64,000 nucleotides of DNA from Octopus vulgaris (taxonomy: Eukaryota), in NCBI GenBank assembly GCA_951406725.2, contig OX597816.1:77810001-77874000 (forward strand), given 5' to 3'. Shown in pieces: positions 13,749-26,135 of this stretch. The translations under genes were made by a program, and so were the position numbers. Below the pieces are notes generated by a model. That model had not been told where the DNA came from. It was given only the letters and a program-made list of their open reading frames with translations, and ran no database searches. The number at the start of each line of letters is the position of its first letter. Position 1 is the first letter of the stretch.

Positions 13749-13997
13749 AGCTGGTTTAAAGAGTCAAAGAGATGCAGTCGGTAATAGATTAAATACAAGT
13801 AGGAAGAAAGATTAGAATTTCCCATCTTACAAGTTTGCACATCTAAAGAAGTTCAGATGTTTCTTTCTCTCACTATTAGGAGTACTTACTACTACTAAGT
13901 ACTAGGAGTACTTACTTATTACATCCTTAAGGCGAAAGTTTAATCTTTTTATTTATATTTAACTAACTGCATTTCCAAGGTTTTGTAAATCTATCTA

Positions 13998-14072
<75 letters not shown>

Positions 14073-14119
14073 GGCTTGTCTACTTAACTTTCTATATATT
14101 TATCGCGCGCTCTCTTTCC

Positions 14120-14179
<60 letters not shown>

Positions 14180-14186
<7 letters not shown>

Positions 14187-17100
14187 ATTGTATTGTATAT
14201 ATATATTGTATTGTATTGGCATCCTTTCTGTCTCGGGAGACAATGGAGTTGCGCATGAAGTAGTCTAGTCCGGCTTTTATATTTCATGTCCTGATACATT
14301 TCCTGCTGTGGCTGTGTAGTCCTATCCTGGACAAACACTCCCTCTGGCAGGTACCGCAAATGTAGCGAAGACTGTTTCTGGCTGGTTGTAGTGCCATAGT
14401 CTCTTGTTTACGTCTCTTCCTTTCTTTCCATTTCTCCTCTCTCTCTCTGTCACTCTTTTGTATTCCCTCTTTTACTGTACGTCGCCATTCTCCAAGGTTG
14501 CCGGCAATTGCCTCCCAACCGCTAATATTGATGTTGCAGGCCTTCATATCCCTTTTGCAAACATCCTTGTAACGTAAGATCGGTCTACCCACAGACCTAG
14601 TACCCCTAGCAAGCTCTCCGTAGAGTATGTCTTTGGGGATTCTGCCATCTTTCATACGGCTAACATGCCCAAGCCATCTCATACGTCTTTGTGTGAGGAG
14701 TGCAAACATGCTTGGTATTCCTGCTTGCCTGAGGACATCTTTGTTGGGGATATGATTCTGCCATTTGATGCGGAGAATTTTTCGGAGGCAGCGCTGGTGA
14801 AAGATGTTTTGGGCGACGCTCTTGGCGTGTGTATAGCGTCCAGGTCTCGCTTCCATACAGTAGAGTGCTGAGTACACATGCCTGGTAGATCTTCATTTTC
14901 GTGGTCTTGGTCAGCTTATTGTTGTCCCAAGCCCGTTTGAAGAGTTGGGCCATCGCAGCAGCTGCCTTGCCAATGCGTATATTGAGCTCAGCGTCAAGGG
15001 ATAGGTTGTAGGTGATGGTAGAGCCCAGATAGGTAAACTTCTCCACCTCTTGTAATCTGTGGTCTCCAATATGTATGTTTGGGATGTCCGATGTAGCCTG
15101 GCCCATGATGTTGGTCTTCTTAAGGCTTGCTCAAAACAGTTAATGAGCCTTTGGAGGGCTTCTTCTGTGTGTGTTACCAGAGCGGCATCATCAGCAAATA
15201 ACATCTCCTTGATCAGGACGTTTCTGATTTTGGTCTTGGCACGCAGGAGCGAGAGATTGAACAGTTTCCCGTCACTTCTACTGTGCAGAAACACTCCATC
15301 ATCTGATGTCTGAAAGGCATGTGAAAGTAAGAGCGAGAAGAAGATGCCAAACAATGTAGGAGCGAGGACACAGCCTTGCTTTACCCCGTTTTTTATTTGG
15401 AAGGCGGCTGATGTTGAACCGTTGTGCTGTATGGTGCCTTGCATGTCATCATGGAAAGACTTGATGATCCTCAGCAGCTTTGGTGGACATCCGATTTTTT
15501 GGAGCAGGATGAAGAGACCTGTTCTGCTTACCGAGTCAAAAGCCTTTGTTAGATCAATGAAGGCCATATATAATGGCATTTTCTGCTCTCTGGACTTCTC
15601 CTGAAGTTGGCGTATGGAGAATATCATATCGATAGTTAATCTGCTTCTTCTAAAGCCACACTGCGATTCCGGATAGATTCGAGAAGCAAGTAGTTGCAGC
15701 CTGGCCAGGATAACGCGGGCAAAGGTCTTTCCAACAGTGCTTAGAAGGGATATACCACGGTAATTGTTACAATCACCACGGTCACTTTTGTTTTTGTAAA
15801 GCGTAATGATGTTGGCATCCCGCATATCCTGAGGGACTGTACCCTCTTCCCAGCACTGACACAGAAGCTCATGAAGGTGCCGAAGCAGTATGGTGTTTTT
15901 GCCGGCTTTAATGATCTCTGAGGGGATGCCGTCTTTTCCCGGAGCCTTATTTCTTGCTAGGGAGTCAACAGCCTTGGTGAGCTCTGCTATAGATGGCGGA
16001 CTGTCAAGTTCGGACATGACTGGCAAGATCTTGACACTCTCGACTGCAGCCTCAGCCATTGTGGTCTCCTGGTAGTGCTCCACCCCTCTATCCATTTGCT
16101 TGCCTTGATCCCTGATGAGATCTCCAGTAGTTGATTTTAGAGGGGCTGACTTGGTTTCGGATGGACCGAGGGCCTTCTTCAAACCGGCATACATCCCACG
16201 GGTGTCGCCCCTGTCAGCAGCTGACTGGATACTCTGACAGATTTCCTACCAATACCTATTTGCACAGCGTCTGGCTGTCAGTTGGGTTTTATTTCGTGCC
16301 TTTCTGAGTTCTTCGAGTGACTTTGTAGAAGAGTCACTCTTGTATTGCACCAGAGCTGCACGCTTTGCTTCGATAACTGGCTCCAGCTCTGAGAGCCCAG
16401 CATTGAACCAATCTGGGTTTTGCCTTTCTCTCATGCCGAAAGTATCCAATGATGTCGTATACAAGTCCCACCTACTTTCAGCAGAGGAGGTTGGGCAGCT
16501 ACTGAGGGCAACCTTGATAGAAGCAGTAAAACATTTTCGCAGTGTAGGGTCCGAGGTTCTGGCGGTGTTGATGCGTGGTCGGCTCACTTTCTTGGAGCGA
16601 TGGACTTTTTTAGGCAGAATCCTCACCCTGCTTCTAATTAGTGAGTGGTCTGTGTCATAATTCGCGCTGTGGTAACTGCGGGTCAATAGAGTAGAATTCA
16701 GAAAGGATCTCCGTGTAATGATGAGATCCAGCTGATGCCAGTGGTGAGATATTTGATGTTTCCAGGATGCCTTGTGGGATGGCTTGTTGGTAAAGAATGT
16801 GTTTGTGATGCACAGGTTGTGGTATGTGCAGAATTCGAGTAGTCTCTGACCATTGTCATTCATGTTGCCAATACCAAAGTGTCCAACACAAATGGGCCAC
16901 GAATCATGGTCAGATCCCACGCGAGCGTTAAAATCCCCTAGAAGGTAGATATTTTCAGTCGTTGGTATATTTTCTATGACACAGTTGAGATCTTTGTAGA
17001 ACTGGTCCTTGGTTTCCTCTGAGCTGTAGAGAGTGGGAGCATAGATGCTGAGTAGATGTACTGAGCCAGAAGAAGTCGAGAAGCGCAGTGAGAGGATACG

Positions 17101-17245
17101 CTCAGTGCCTCCCGATGGTGGTTCTATTGAGGAGAGTAGTGAGTTTCTCACTGCAAAGCCAACGCCATGTTGACGAGGTTCTTCTGGATCTCTTCCCTGC
17201 CAAAAGAAGGTGAAATCCTGCTCTTTGAGTTTGCCGTTTGAGGCA
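14180..17245 (-). mobile_element. RTE-clade (BovB-like) LINE, 5'-truncated and disrupted
   Basis: APE endonuclease, RT and C-terminal ORFs; 3' ...GAGACAGAAAGGATGCCAA followed by a (TACAA)n-like tail. Confidence 0.93.
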
Positions 17246-17259
17246 ACCCCCCCCCCCAA
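14284..17259 (-). pseudogene. RTE ORF (APE endonuclease + reverse transcriptase), broken into 4 pieces
   Basis: HGVGFAV, IYAPT, LLGDFNARVG, TDH; NYRGISLLS, FIDLTKAFDSV, GVKQGCVLAP, LFADD; LLYGSETW; CGTC..SRIGLHSH. Confidence 0.92.
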
Positions 17260-17364
17260 AAAAAAAAAAACCCTAATAATAATTTACACATATATATATA
17301 TATATTAACAGAATGAGATAAAAATCCAAGGCTGTGAAAGCTTTCAGAACATTTATAAATAGAA

Positions 17365-17416
17365 GGTCTTACAGCTGTTTCCGAGATATTTTATATATAT
17401 CCCTTCATCGGAGACG
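17365..17416 (-). ncRNA. Minimal type I hammerhead ribozyme motif (U4C variant)
   Basis: GUCU-CCGAUGA-AGGGAUAU..AUAUCUCG-GAAACAGCUGUA-AGAC; palindromic helix III; helix I GUCU/AGAC. Confidence 0.7.
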
Positions 17417-17750
17417 GTGTGAGAAGATGGCTTAGCAATAGTTATTCTAGATAAGATAAGAAATAGATAGTAAAGTGGAGGAATGAAAATAGACGTGAGA
17501 TATCAAGGATATTGTATCTTCAGTTGCATTATTTAGGCAGAATGGTATACGTCTAAGATTCTTGTACCTTGTGAGTAAGTTCCAATAGTATTTAAAATTG
17601 GTCATTCCAAGCATACAGTTTGTAAACGGTGTTATTGAATCGCCTCTTCTTTCTAGCTCTCTTATGTGACCCTCTGTCCGGCATTCGCCATGATAGATTG
17701 CCATCGACTAAACCTTTTTCTATTTTCTCTCCCTGTTTATTTCTGTGTTC

Positions 17751-17786
17751 CTTTCTGTCGAAGAGCGTAGGCTCGAAACGTAAAAG
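17751..17786 (+). ncRNA. Minimal type I hammerhead-like motif (A6U variant)
   Basis: CUUU-CUGUCGA-A-GAGC GUAG GCUC-GAAACGUA-AAAG. Confidence 0.6.
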
Positions 17787-18273
17787 ACTTTCTCACTTCC
17801 CGAGCGTTAAACTAATACATTTGTTTGTTGTTTACACACCTGTCTTCGTCTTTTGTTTTTTTTTTTTAATTCTCACTATATATATGTATCATCTGCATGT
17901 TTATTTAAAATACTAATTGTTAGCAACCATAATACGCTACCGAGTTTTTGCAACCATAATACGCTACCGAGTATATTGGTTTCAAATTTTGGCACAAGGC
18001 CAATAATTTCCAAGGAGAGGTTAAGTCTATAACACCGACATTGTTCAACTGGTACTTATTTTGTCGACCCCGAAGAATGCGTTAGCAGTGTGATTTTCCA
18101 ATCTTTGATTTTTATCTCTTCAGTTTTTCTATAGAATACAGAACCAGCACTTTCCTAAGTTTCAGTGTTGGCTATGAATTCCATTGAAAATCTGTGCCTT
18201 CTAGCGATACCAGCTTTTTGGGGTCGCACCGAGCTGTACCGATATAATGTAGGATAAATATAGTAACAATAGC

Positions 18274-18349
18274 AATAATCCTTGGATGGAATTTATAAAT
18301 ATTTCAAAGCATAGCGACGCATTAAAATATTTATAAATTCCATCCAAAG

Positions 18350-18355
<6 letters not shown>
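18274..18355. repeat. 31-bp-arm inverted repeat
   Basis: 18274-18304 vs 18325-18355, one mismatch. Confidence 0.92.
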
Positions 18356-18429
<74 letters not shown>

Positions 18430-18433
18430 AGAA

Positions 18434-18640
18434 GACGGCGAGCTGGCAGAAACGTTAGCACGCCGGGCGAAATGCGTAGCCATATTTCGTCTGTCGTTAC
18501 GCTGTCAGTTCAAATTCCGCCGAGGTCGACTTTGCCTTTCATCCTTTCGGGATTGATTAAATAAGTACCAATTACGCACTGGGGTCGATATAATCGACTC
18601 ATCCCCAAAATTGCTGCCCTTGTGGCAAAATTTGAAACCA
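18434..18640 (+). mobile_element. Dominant tRNA-derived SINE
   Basis: Full head, central domain and tail. Confidence 0.88.
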
Positions 18641-18663
18641 TTATTTTTATTATCATATATATA

Positions 18664-18709
<46 letters not shown>

Positions 18710-19307
18710 TGTATGTAAGTGTATGTGAGTGAGTTTGCATGCGCACCCAAGAAGGGATTGTTTCATAGCTAATGCTCTAAGATAATGAGATAATCAAAAG
18801 TTGGTCGGACTGTGCCTGGAACACTTGCTTTTTCTCCTCTTCACATAATACTGACGTATGTATGCGTTTTTCATTTCTCCGCGTTTTACAGTTATCCTGA
18901 CAGAGCCAAATCTCAGCACTGTTTAATAAAATATACAATTTAACAAGGATCCGTTACGATATTAGCGCTTTCATACTTCACAAGAAGTGTTAGACAGGAT
19001 AGCTAGCTATCTTTTGTGCGACCTTTCAGTAGTAGATAATCTTTCAACAATCCCTCTCAAACCGTAGTAATACGAAATGAGATTTAAGATTATTTCTGTA
19101 ATGGTTCATAAAGTAGAAGTACGTGGGAGGTGAGAGCAAGCAAGATCCATTTCCGTGATTCAAATTCGATTCCTTACTGTTAGCTCTTCGTTTCTCAAAT
19201 TTCACATGCATGTGTTCATAGATGTATGTGTTTATGTGTCCGTGTGTCTGCACGAGTTTGAGTGTATATGTGTGTTTGAGCGTGTATATATGTGTGTGTA
19301 TGTATGT

Positions 19308-19374
<67 letters not shown>

Positions 19375-19635
19375 TAGGCTTTAGCACTTCATCCATGAAT
19401 ACATGACAAACAAACGACTGGAAAGAAGATATTGCAAGTAGAAAGCGATAGCCATTTCCAATACACACACGCACACGCGCACTCACACATACACACATAC
19501 CCACCACACACAGACACACACACAGACACACACACCGACACACACACACACACACACATACACACATACCCACTACACACAGACACAGATATCGACACAC
19601 ACACACACAAATTCTACATTCATGAATCAAGCTAC

Positions 19636-20125
19636 AAGTAATCCTGTTCCACCGCTAATTCAGACATAACTTGGTAGTTCGGTGCCCGAACCAGCTGCTA
19701 TCATATTTAGTCCCAGCCATGGTTCCAAAGTGGTGACTCTCACATTGTCAATAGCAAACGAAGTTGAATTTGTGAAAAAACTCGATAGCAGTGTGCCTAT
19801 GAGAAACATGTATAAATTCTTTTCTACTATAGGTACAAAGCCTGAAATTTGAGGGGAGGGAACTAGTCAGTTACATCGACCCCAGTATTTCACTGGTACT
19901 TAATTTATTGACCCCGAAAGGATGAAAGGTAAAGTCGACCTCGGCGGAATATGAACTCAGAATGTAGCAACGGGTGAAATACCATTAAGCATTTCGTCCA
20001 ACGTGCTAACAATTCTGCCAGCTCACCGCCGTAAACTTGTGTAAATTCTACAACATTGGCTTTTCTATAATGCATGGCGTAAAGAATCGGAAAGAAAAAG
20101 AAACTGCAGTTCTTTGCTGTCAGGA
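19636..20125 (+). mobile_element. pogo/Tigger (jerky-like) 5' fragment interrupted by a SINE
   Basis: LTLSIANEVEFVKKLDSSVPMR..FYNIG..KNRKEK, CENP-B-type HTH; SINE at ~19821-20031 flanked by a degenerate AAAC.TGT.TAAATTCT duplication. Confidence 0.55.
19821..20031 (-). mobile_element. Dominant tRNA-derived SINE
   Basis: Full-length copy. Confidence 0.88.
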
Positions 20126-20249
20126 GTTCAAAGAAGAATGGTGTGCATGAGGAACAGATGTGTATAAGGAAAGTGAGAACAGTTTAGAACAGGGTGCAGT
20201 ATTAAAGTGGTTTAATACTGTTTAAGTGTTAAAGTGGTTTAATCTTCGC

Positions 20250-21112
20250 ATGAGCGAGTAATAACTTCTTCAGTCCTTAAATCTCATGAATCATCCTTGA
20301 CTTGCCTTGAACTTTGCATCTTCCTCATTGGACATTTTTTCTTCAGGTCCTCAAACAAAGACAACGCTTTCTCTTGAATGATTTCTTGACTGATAGTAGC
20401 ACGATGACGATTAAACCTAACAGCCCAAAGGGAAAGACTTTCCTTTGCTTCTTTTATTATTGATGGCAGTGTTTTTCATCCCTGGGGCTTCAGATTTGAT
20501 GTGTGCTAAAATCTTGTCCTTATGTACAATCGTCGATACAATTGTCCAACTCATCTCCAAAGATCGTTCAGATGCTACAATTTCTACATCTTTTTCATGG
20601 TGTTTTATCATAGCCAGTTTATCTTCCAACGTTATAACACGACGCTTAGCACTTTCAGTATTAATTTTCTTAGGAGCCATGGGGCTAAAAAATGAAGTCA
20701 CAATGAATGAAAAAGTAGCCGATAAACAGACGTAAACAAATCTGAATCCAAAATAATCGCGGGTATCACGAATGACAACGACGCCTAACGGTAGATATTG
20801 GAACTACAGTGCAATATGAGCTCCGAAAGATCAATAAATAAGACAACACAGCTGATCTCATGATTTCGTTCACTAAGCTACACTACTTTATGTACGTATT
20901 TTAATATGATTTTATATGTTTTTTATTCTTATTTATCGCAAAGTAACATGATTTTATGTGCTATTAACGGTTTTCTAGTGAATTTACGATTCCAATATTT
21001 GTGGCAGACAGATGTTAAGTCGAGTAAAATGACTTAACTTGATTTTTATTTTTCCATATTTTATTTTTGAAAACCGACGTATGATCGGGAACGACTTACG
21101 CCGAGGTATGCA
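20250..21112 (-). mobile_element. pogo/Tigger transposase 5' fragment
   Basis: MAPKK..KRRVITLEDKLAMIKHHEK..STIVHKDKI..IQEKALSLFEDLK, CENP-B N-terminal-like. Confidence 0.75.
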
Positions 21113-21518
21113 TGTGTGTGTGTGTGTATGTTTGCGCTCAAATTTGATATGTAGATACCGATGGTATCCGGGCGTGTATAAGTCTTGAAAAAATCACAAA
21201 AATCGATTCCAGGTGAGAATGCGATCGATAAAACCGTGGGAACGTGCATTTGTAGGCGCAAGTACATCAGATGTTGCGATCGATACTACGCGTACGCGAG
21301 AAAAATGCATGGTGTCTCAAATCAGTGTAAAGTCCGTTAAATCAGTGTTTCTCAAAGGGGAGGCCTATGGGACGGTCGGACAAGTTGTTTTGAGAAATTT
21401 TGGTTTAAATGTTTGACAACTCAGCACCGTCCATTGGACGGGGTGGAGGGTTGCTTGTAATATTATATAGCTAAAAAATTTAAATTATATTAATCAAAAG
21501 GACGCATTAAAGTGTCTA

Positions 21519-22714
21519 CCCACTAGAAATAAGAGTCAAAATCCTTATTCGGACCATCAAAAATTAACACTGAAAACAGCAGATTCGGCAGTATACTAGC
21601 AGATCGAAAAAAAATCTCTCGTATACCAATATAGCATAGAGCTATATACTTAATGGCACAGGTATATACAGTTGCGGCGAAAATGTTCAGAACGGTATTG
21701 TTTTCGTCAGAAAAGTAGATATAAGTTTTTATCAAAGTAGTTTTATATTCTATAATTTTCACAAACAATAAATACGATATTAATTGTTATTGTCTGAGAT
21801 TTTGGTTTAATTTGAGAGGACAGTACAAAAGTTATGGATGATTTAGTGATTTACTACAAAACCCATGGCGGCCAAAAGAATCAGAACGGTTGAAAAAATA
21901 ACAAAATAATCACAAGTGAATTATTTGATATTTAGTGTGAAGCCCTTGAGCTTCAATCACACTTTGACATCTTCGACTGCATGGGGAAATTAAATTTTCA
22001 ATTTCTTGCTGGGTGATCTTATTCCATTCTTCCTGAAGGGCATTCCATAATTGCTCGGTTGTTTTAGGATTTCTAGCTTTCGAACGTTCTCCTAGAATAT
22101 TCCACACATTTTCAATAGGATTGAGATCTGGGCTTTGAGCAGGCCAATCCATAACAATAACCTTTTCAGCCTTGAGGAAGTTCATGACCACCTTAACCTT
22201 GTGACATGGGGCATTGTTCTGCATGAATATGGGTGGTTGCTTAGTTGAATTTCTCAGCACAGGCAAGACATGATCTTCTACAAGTTGTTTATAAACTCCT
22301 GCATTTACCTTTCCATGTAATCCGAATCTGTCCCGTTGAAATCTGCTGGCATCCTTAATTGCTTAGCGCCAAAATGCGGACAGCCTCAGTGTGAGAAGTA
22401 CTAATCAGCAGTAAAATATTCGGAAGTGGATATTTATAAGATATTAATATTGCTATTATTATCGAAGGCAATATAAATAGTTGATAATAACAGAAACTTT
22501 AATATTTCAAAAGGTTAAGATGAGTTGAAGAAGGTAAGATTTTTATATCAAACCAGAAACCGGTCCACATATATATCTGTACCATTAAATATATAGCTTT
22601 ATGCCATATTGGTATATGAGAAACTTTTTCGATCTGCTAGTATACTGTTGAATCTGCTGTTTTCAATGTTAATCTGGTGGTCCAAATAAGTGTTAGACTC
22701 TTATTTCTAGTGGA
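21519..22714. mobile_element. TA-flanked non-autonomous element with ~150-bp TIRs
   Basis: 21519-21670 is the diverged reverse complement of 22568-22714 (CCACTAGAAATAAGAGTC..); TA at 21517-18 and 22715-16. Confidence 0.8.
21910..22325 (-). pseudogene. Tc1 (DD34E) transposase C-terminal fragment
   Basis: FMQNNAPCH (D to N), DWPAQSPDLNPIENVW, GLHTKY. Confidence 0.9.
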
Positions 22715-22821
22715 TATTATGATTAATACATATATAGATGTGTGTGTGTGTGTGTGTGTATGTATATATATATATATATGTACATAAATGCATGTGTTTA
22801 TACACACATACGTGCATACAT

Positions 22822-23171
22822 GTGAAGGCGCATGGCTCAGTGGTTAGAGCGTCGAGCTTACGATCGTGAGGTTGTGAGCTCGAATCCCGGACCGGGCTGC
22901 GTGTTGTGTTCTTGAGCAAGGCACTTTATTTCACGTTGCTCCAGTTCACTCAGCTGTAGAAATGAGTTGCGACGTCACTGGTGCCAAGCTGTATCGACCT
23001 TTGTCTTTCCCTTGGATAACACTGGTGGCGTGGAGAGGGAGGCTGGTATGCATGGGCGACTGCTGGTCTTCCATAAAACAACCTTGCCCGGACTTGTGTC
23101 TAGGAGGGTAACTTTCTAGGTGCAATCACATGGTCATTCATGACCGAAGGGGGTCTTTACCCTTACCCTTT
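22822..23171 (+). mobile_element. tRNA-derived SINE (head B, tail Z)
   Basis: TGGCTCAGTGG A box and TCGAATCC B box; 13-bp TSD TACGTGCATACAT (22809-22821 / 23172-23184). Confidence 0.92.
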
Positions 23172-23202
23172 TACGTGCATACATATATACTATATATATA
23201 TA

Positions 23203-23433
23203 AATAGTTGGCCAAAAGTTACCCGACAGTAAATCAAAATTCCATAAATACTTAATATTCAACTTTATTTATTCATTCCGAATAAATAACTCAATGCTGT
23301 GAGTTAAAATCACCGTTTGTTTTTCAACATTTGTCTACTTATTAGCGAAGTCTCATATAAAATATTTTTTTGTTTTAATCTTGGAATGAAATAGGTTTTG
23401 ATTTACTGTCAGGTGACTTTTGGCCAACCTTCT
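23203..23433. mobile_element. Tc1/mariner-type MITE
   Basis: ~33-bp TIRs GTTGGCCAAAAGTTACCCGACAGTAAATCAAAA / TTTTGATTTACTGTCAGGTGACTTTTGGCCAAC. Confidence 0.8.
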
Positions 23434-23694
23434 ATGTATGTGTGTTCTTTAACCGCTTTTGGCGATCGGTGTGTGTGTGTTGTGTATTTCCATTTAATTC
23501 CCTTTATATTTCTTTCTTTTTAACAAGCAATCTAATTTTAAAAACACTGAAGGTGTTGCTTTTCAATATCGATCCTATCATTCCTGATGTTGCCGTTGCT
23601 ATTGTTTCATTTTTCTTTTTGTTTGTGTTTTATTTTTGCGTTGCTGTTCTTTTTGGTGGGCGGTTCCACTAGATTTAATAGGGACTTGTAACAT

Positions 23695-24450
23695 TAGGGA
23701 GGTGATAGGTGTGTGATGACGACGATAATATCGATGGTGATGATTAGGGCGGGTGTGGTAGTGGCAATGGTAATGGAGGTTTTGCTAGTGATAGTGGTGG
23801 TGATTATGATGGTTGCAATGATGATAGTGGTGGTGGTGATGTTAGGGGAGGTGGTGATGATGGTAGTGGTGGTGATGGTGGTGTGGAGATGTGGTGGTGA
23901 GGATGATGGTGGTGGTGGCGATGTTGGTAGTGATAGTGGTGGTGATGCGGGGATGGCACTGAGGTGAAGATGGTGAAGGATGATGATTGTGGTGGTAATG
24001 ATCGCTGGGGTAGTCGTTATGGTCATTGGTAGTTGTAGTGGTCATGATGGTAGAGGTGGTGGTGGTGGTAGACGGAGCAGCGGTACCGAGGATAGTGGTG
24101 GTAGTAAATAATGGGGTTGGTTGTTGTTGTTGTTGTTGTTGTTGCCCTTGTTTAGCCCATGGTTAAGTCTGGTGATGCTTGTGGTGGTGGTGGTGGTGGT
24201 GGCGATGGTGATGATGGATGATAAAGATGGTGGCAAGAGGGTGGCGGCGGTGGTACCAGAGGTGATGTTAATGGGATGGTAATGGTGTTGGTGGGGGTGT
24301 TACTGGCGAAGAGTGTTGATGGATGGTAAGGGTGGCGGCGGCGGCGGCGGTGGTGGTGGTGGTGGTGGTGGTGGTGGTGGTGGTGATGACGGCGTGAGTG
24401 GGTATCATGCTGACGACGTTGGGTTGATGGTCGTCATAGTCGTGCTAGTC
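23695..24450. repeat. Degenerate (GGT/GAT)n low-complexity tract
   Basis: Direct reading. Confidence 0.9.
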
Positions 24451-24978
24451 GAGTGTTGTTGGTGATTATAACGAATGATATATGCTTGCTATCAGTATAT
24501 TTCATTAATATTTTCATCAATATTGTCTCCTTACACTTCCACTATGATATTGATATGTAATTATACGACCTGGCCTCTAGTAATAAAACGCAGGATTAAA
24601 GTCATTAATACCCATTATACTCAAAGGGGTAAGTATGTGAGTCTGTATGCGTCTATATATATTTGTATGTATGTGTGTCAGTATATGTGTGTGCATTTGT
24701 ATATGTTTGTGTGTGTATATTCGTCTCTATGTGCATGTATATTTTTATGAATGTATTATGTGTGTATATCTGTATATCATTTTTTTTTGCGTATATTCGC
24801 TTGTATATATATATGTATATCTGTATTTGTGTGGGTCTGCATATGTGCGTATGCTTGCATACGTTTGTATACGTTCGTATATTCCTCTCTATGTGTGTAC
24901 ATTTTCATGTGTGTGTGTCGGTGTGTATGTCAGTACGTGTTTGCGTATTTGACTGTCTGTCTCTCTTTTTCTCTCCCA

Positions 24979-25073
<95 letters not shown>

Positions 25074-25220
25074 TGTGTACAAGGCTACCATTGGTTTCAT
25101 GTTATGAAAATATCTTAATGTCTTAATTTTTCAAACCGATCGCATAGAGGAATGGTGTTTGTCTCTACTTAATGAAAAAATGGACACGAACACCATCCCT
25201 TCTTGTGATTGGCTTGAAAA

Positions 25221-25375
25221 AGGCGTGGCAGTGAGGTAAGAAGCTTGCTTCCCAACCAGATGGTTCCGGATTTAGTCTCACTGCGTGGCACCTTGGGCAG
25301 GCGTCTTCGACTATAGCCTCGGACAGACCAAAACCTTGTGAATAGATTTGGTAGACGGAAAAACTGACAGAAGCC

Positions 25376-25468
<93 letters not shown>

Positions 25469-25681
25469 TATGTTTGTCCCCTTACCATCGCTTGACAACC
25501 GATGTTGGTTTGTTTACGTCCCCGTAACATAGTGGTTCGGCAAAAGCGTCCGTTAGAATAAGTACTAGGCTTACAAAGAATAAGTCCTGGGGGCGATTTC
25601 TTCGAATAAAACACCCTTTAAGACGGTGCTCCAGCATGACGGCAAACCAATGATTGAAACAAGTAAAAGAATAAAAGAATA
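25221..25681 (+). mobile_element. tRNA-derived SINE with an internal (TA)n(TG)n tract
   Basis: Same architecture as 49864-50317; tail TGAAACAAGTAAAAGAATAAAAG. Confidence 0.85.
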
Positions 25682-25782
25682 TCTTCTTAACAAGAAGCCA
25701 ATGGTAGCCTTAATACACAAATAAAGAATTTTTATCCATCAATGCAGTTTTGGGCACTCATTCTCACTGTTCAACATTTACG

Positions 25783-25815
<33 letters not shown>

Positions 25816-25834
25816 ATGTATATATAAATAAATA

Positions 25835-25886
<52 letters not shown>

Positions 25887-25993
25887 GTGTGTTTGTTATT
25901 TGTCTCTATGTGCATCTGTATATGTGTATGTATATGTTTTTATGTTGTTTATGTTTGAATACGTATCCATGCACACACATTCACGTCCAAAAT

Positions 25994-26135
25994 TATCAGG
26001 TCATCCCATAAGTAATGCCCGGACTCTTTTAAACATGGAAGTGTCTAAGGCGCATTTGAGGCACATAATGCTTTATGAGTTCAAAAAAAGGGAACTCTGC
26101 AGCTGAAGTGACTCAAAATATTAATTCGGTGAATG
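25994..26135 (+). mobile_element. Mariner 5' fragment
   Basis: TIR-like CAGGTCATCCCATAAG; MEVSKAHLRHIMLYEFKK/GNSAAEVTQNINSV. Confidence 0.65.

Larger units (their letters stand above)
17305..17880. mobile_element. Two opposed Penelope-type pseudo-LTR fragments
   Basis: Bounded by (TA)n; each half has a hammerhead motif, on opposite strands. Confidence 0.55.

Noticed and set aside
17923-17972. 23-bp direct repeat (similar cases at 1074-1137 and 29095-29173)
   Set aside because: Ordinary local slippage duplications
22822-22900. tRNA gene (also at 483, 12800, 44880, 61950)
   Set aside because: A/B boxes are SINE heads continuing into SINE bodies, several with TSDs
23694-24236. Thr/His/Pro-rich mucin-like ORFs
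   Set aside because: Degenerate (GGT)n tract with several overlapping open frames and no gene structure
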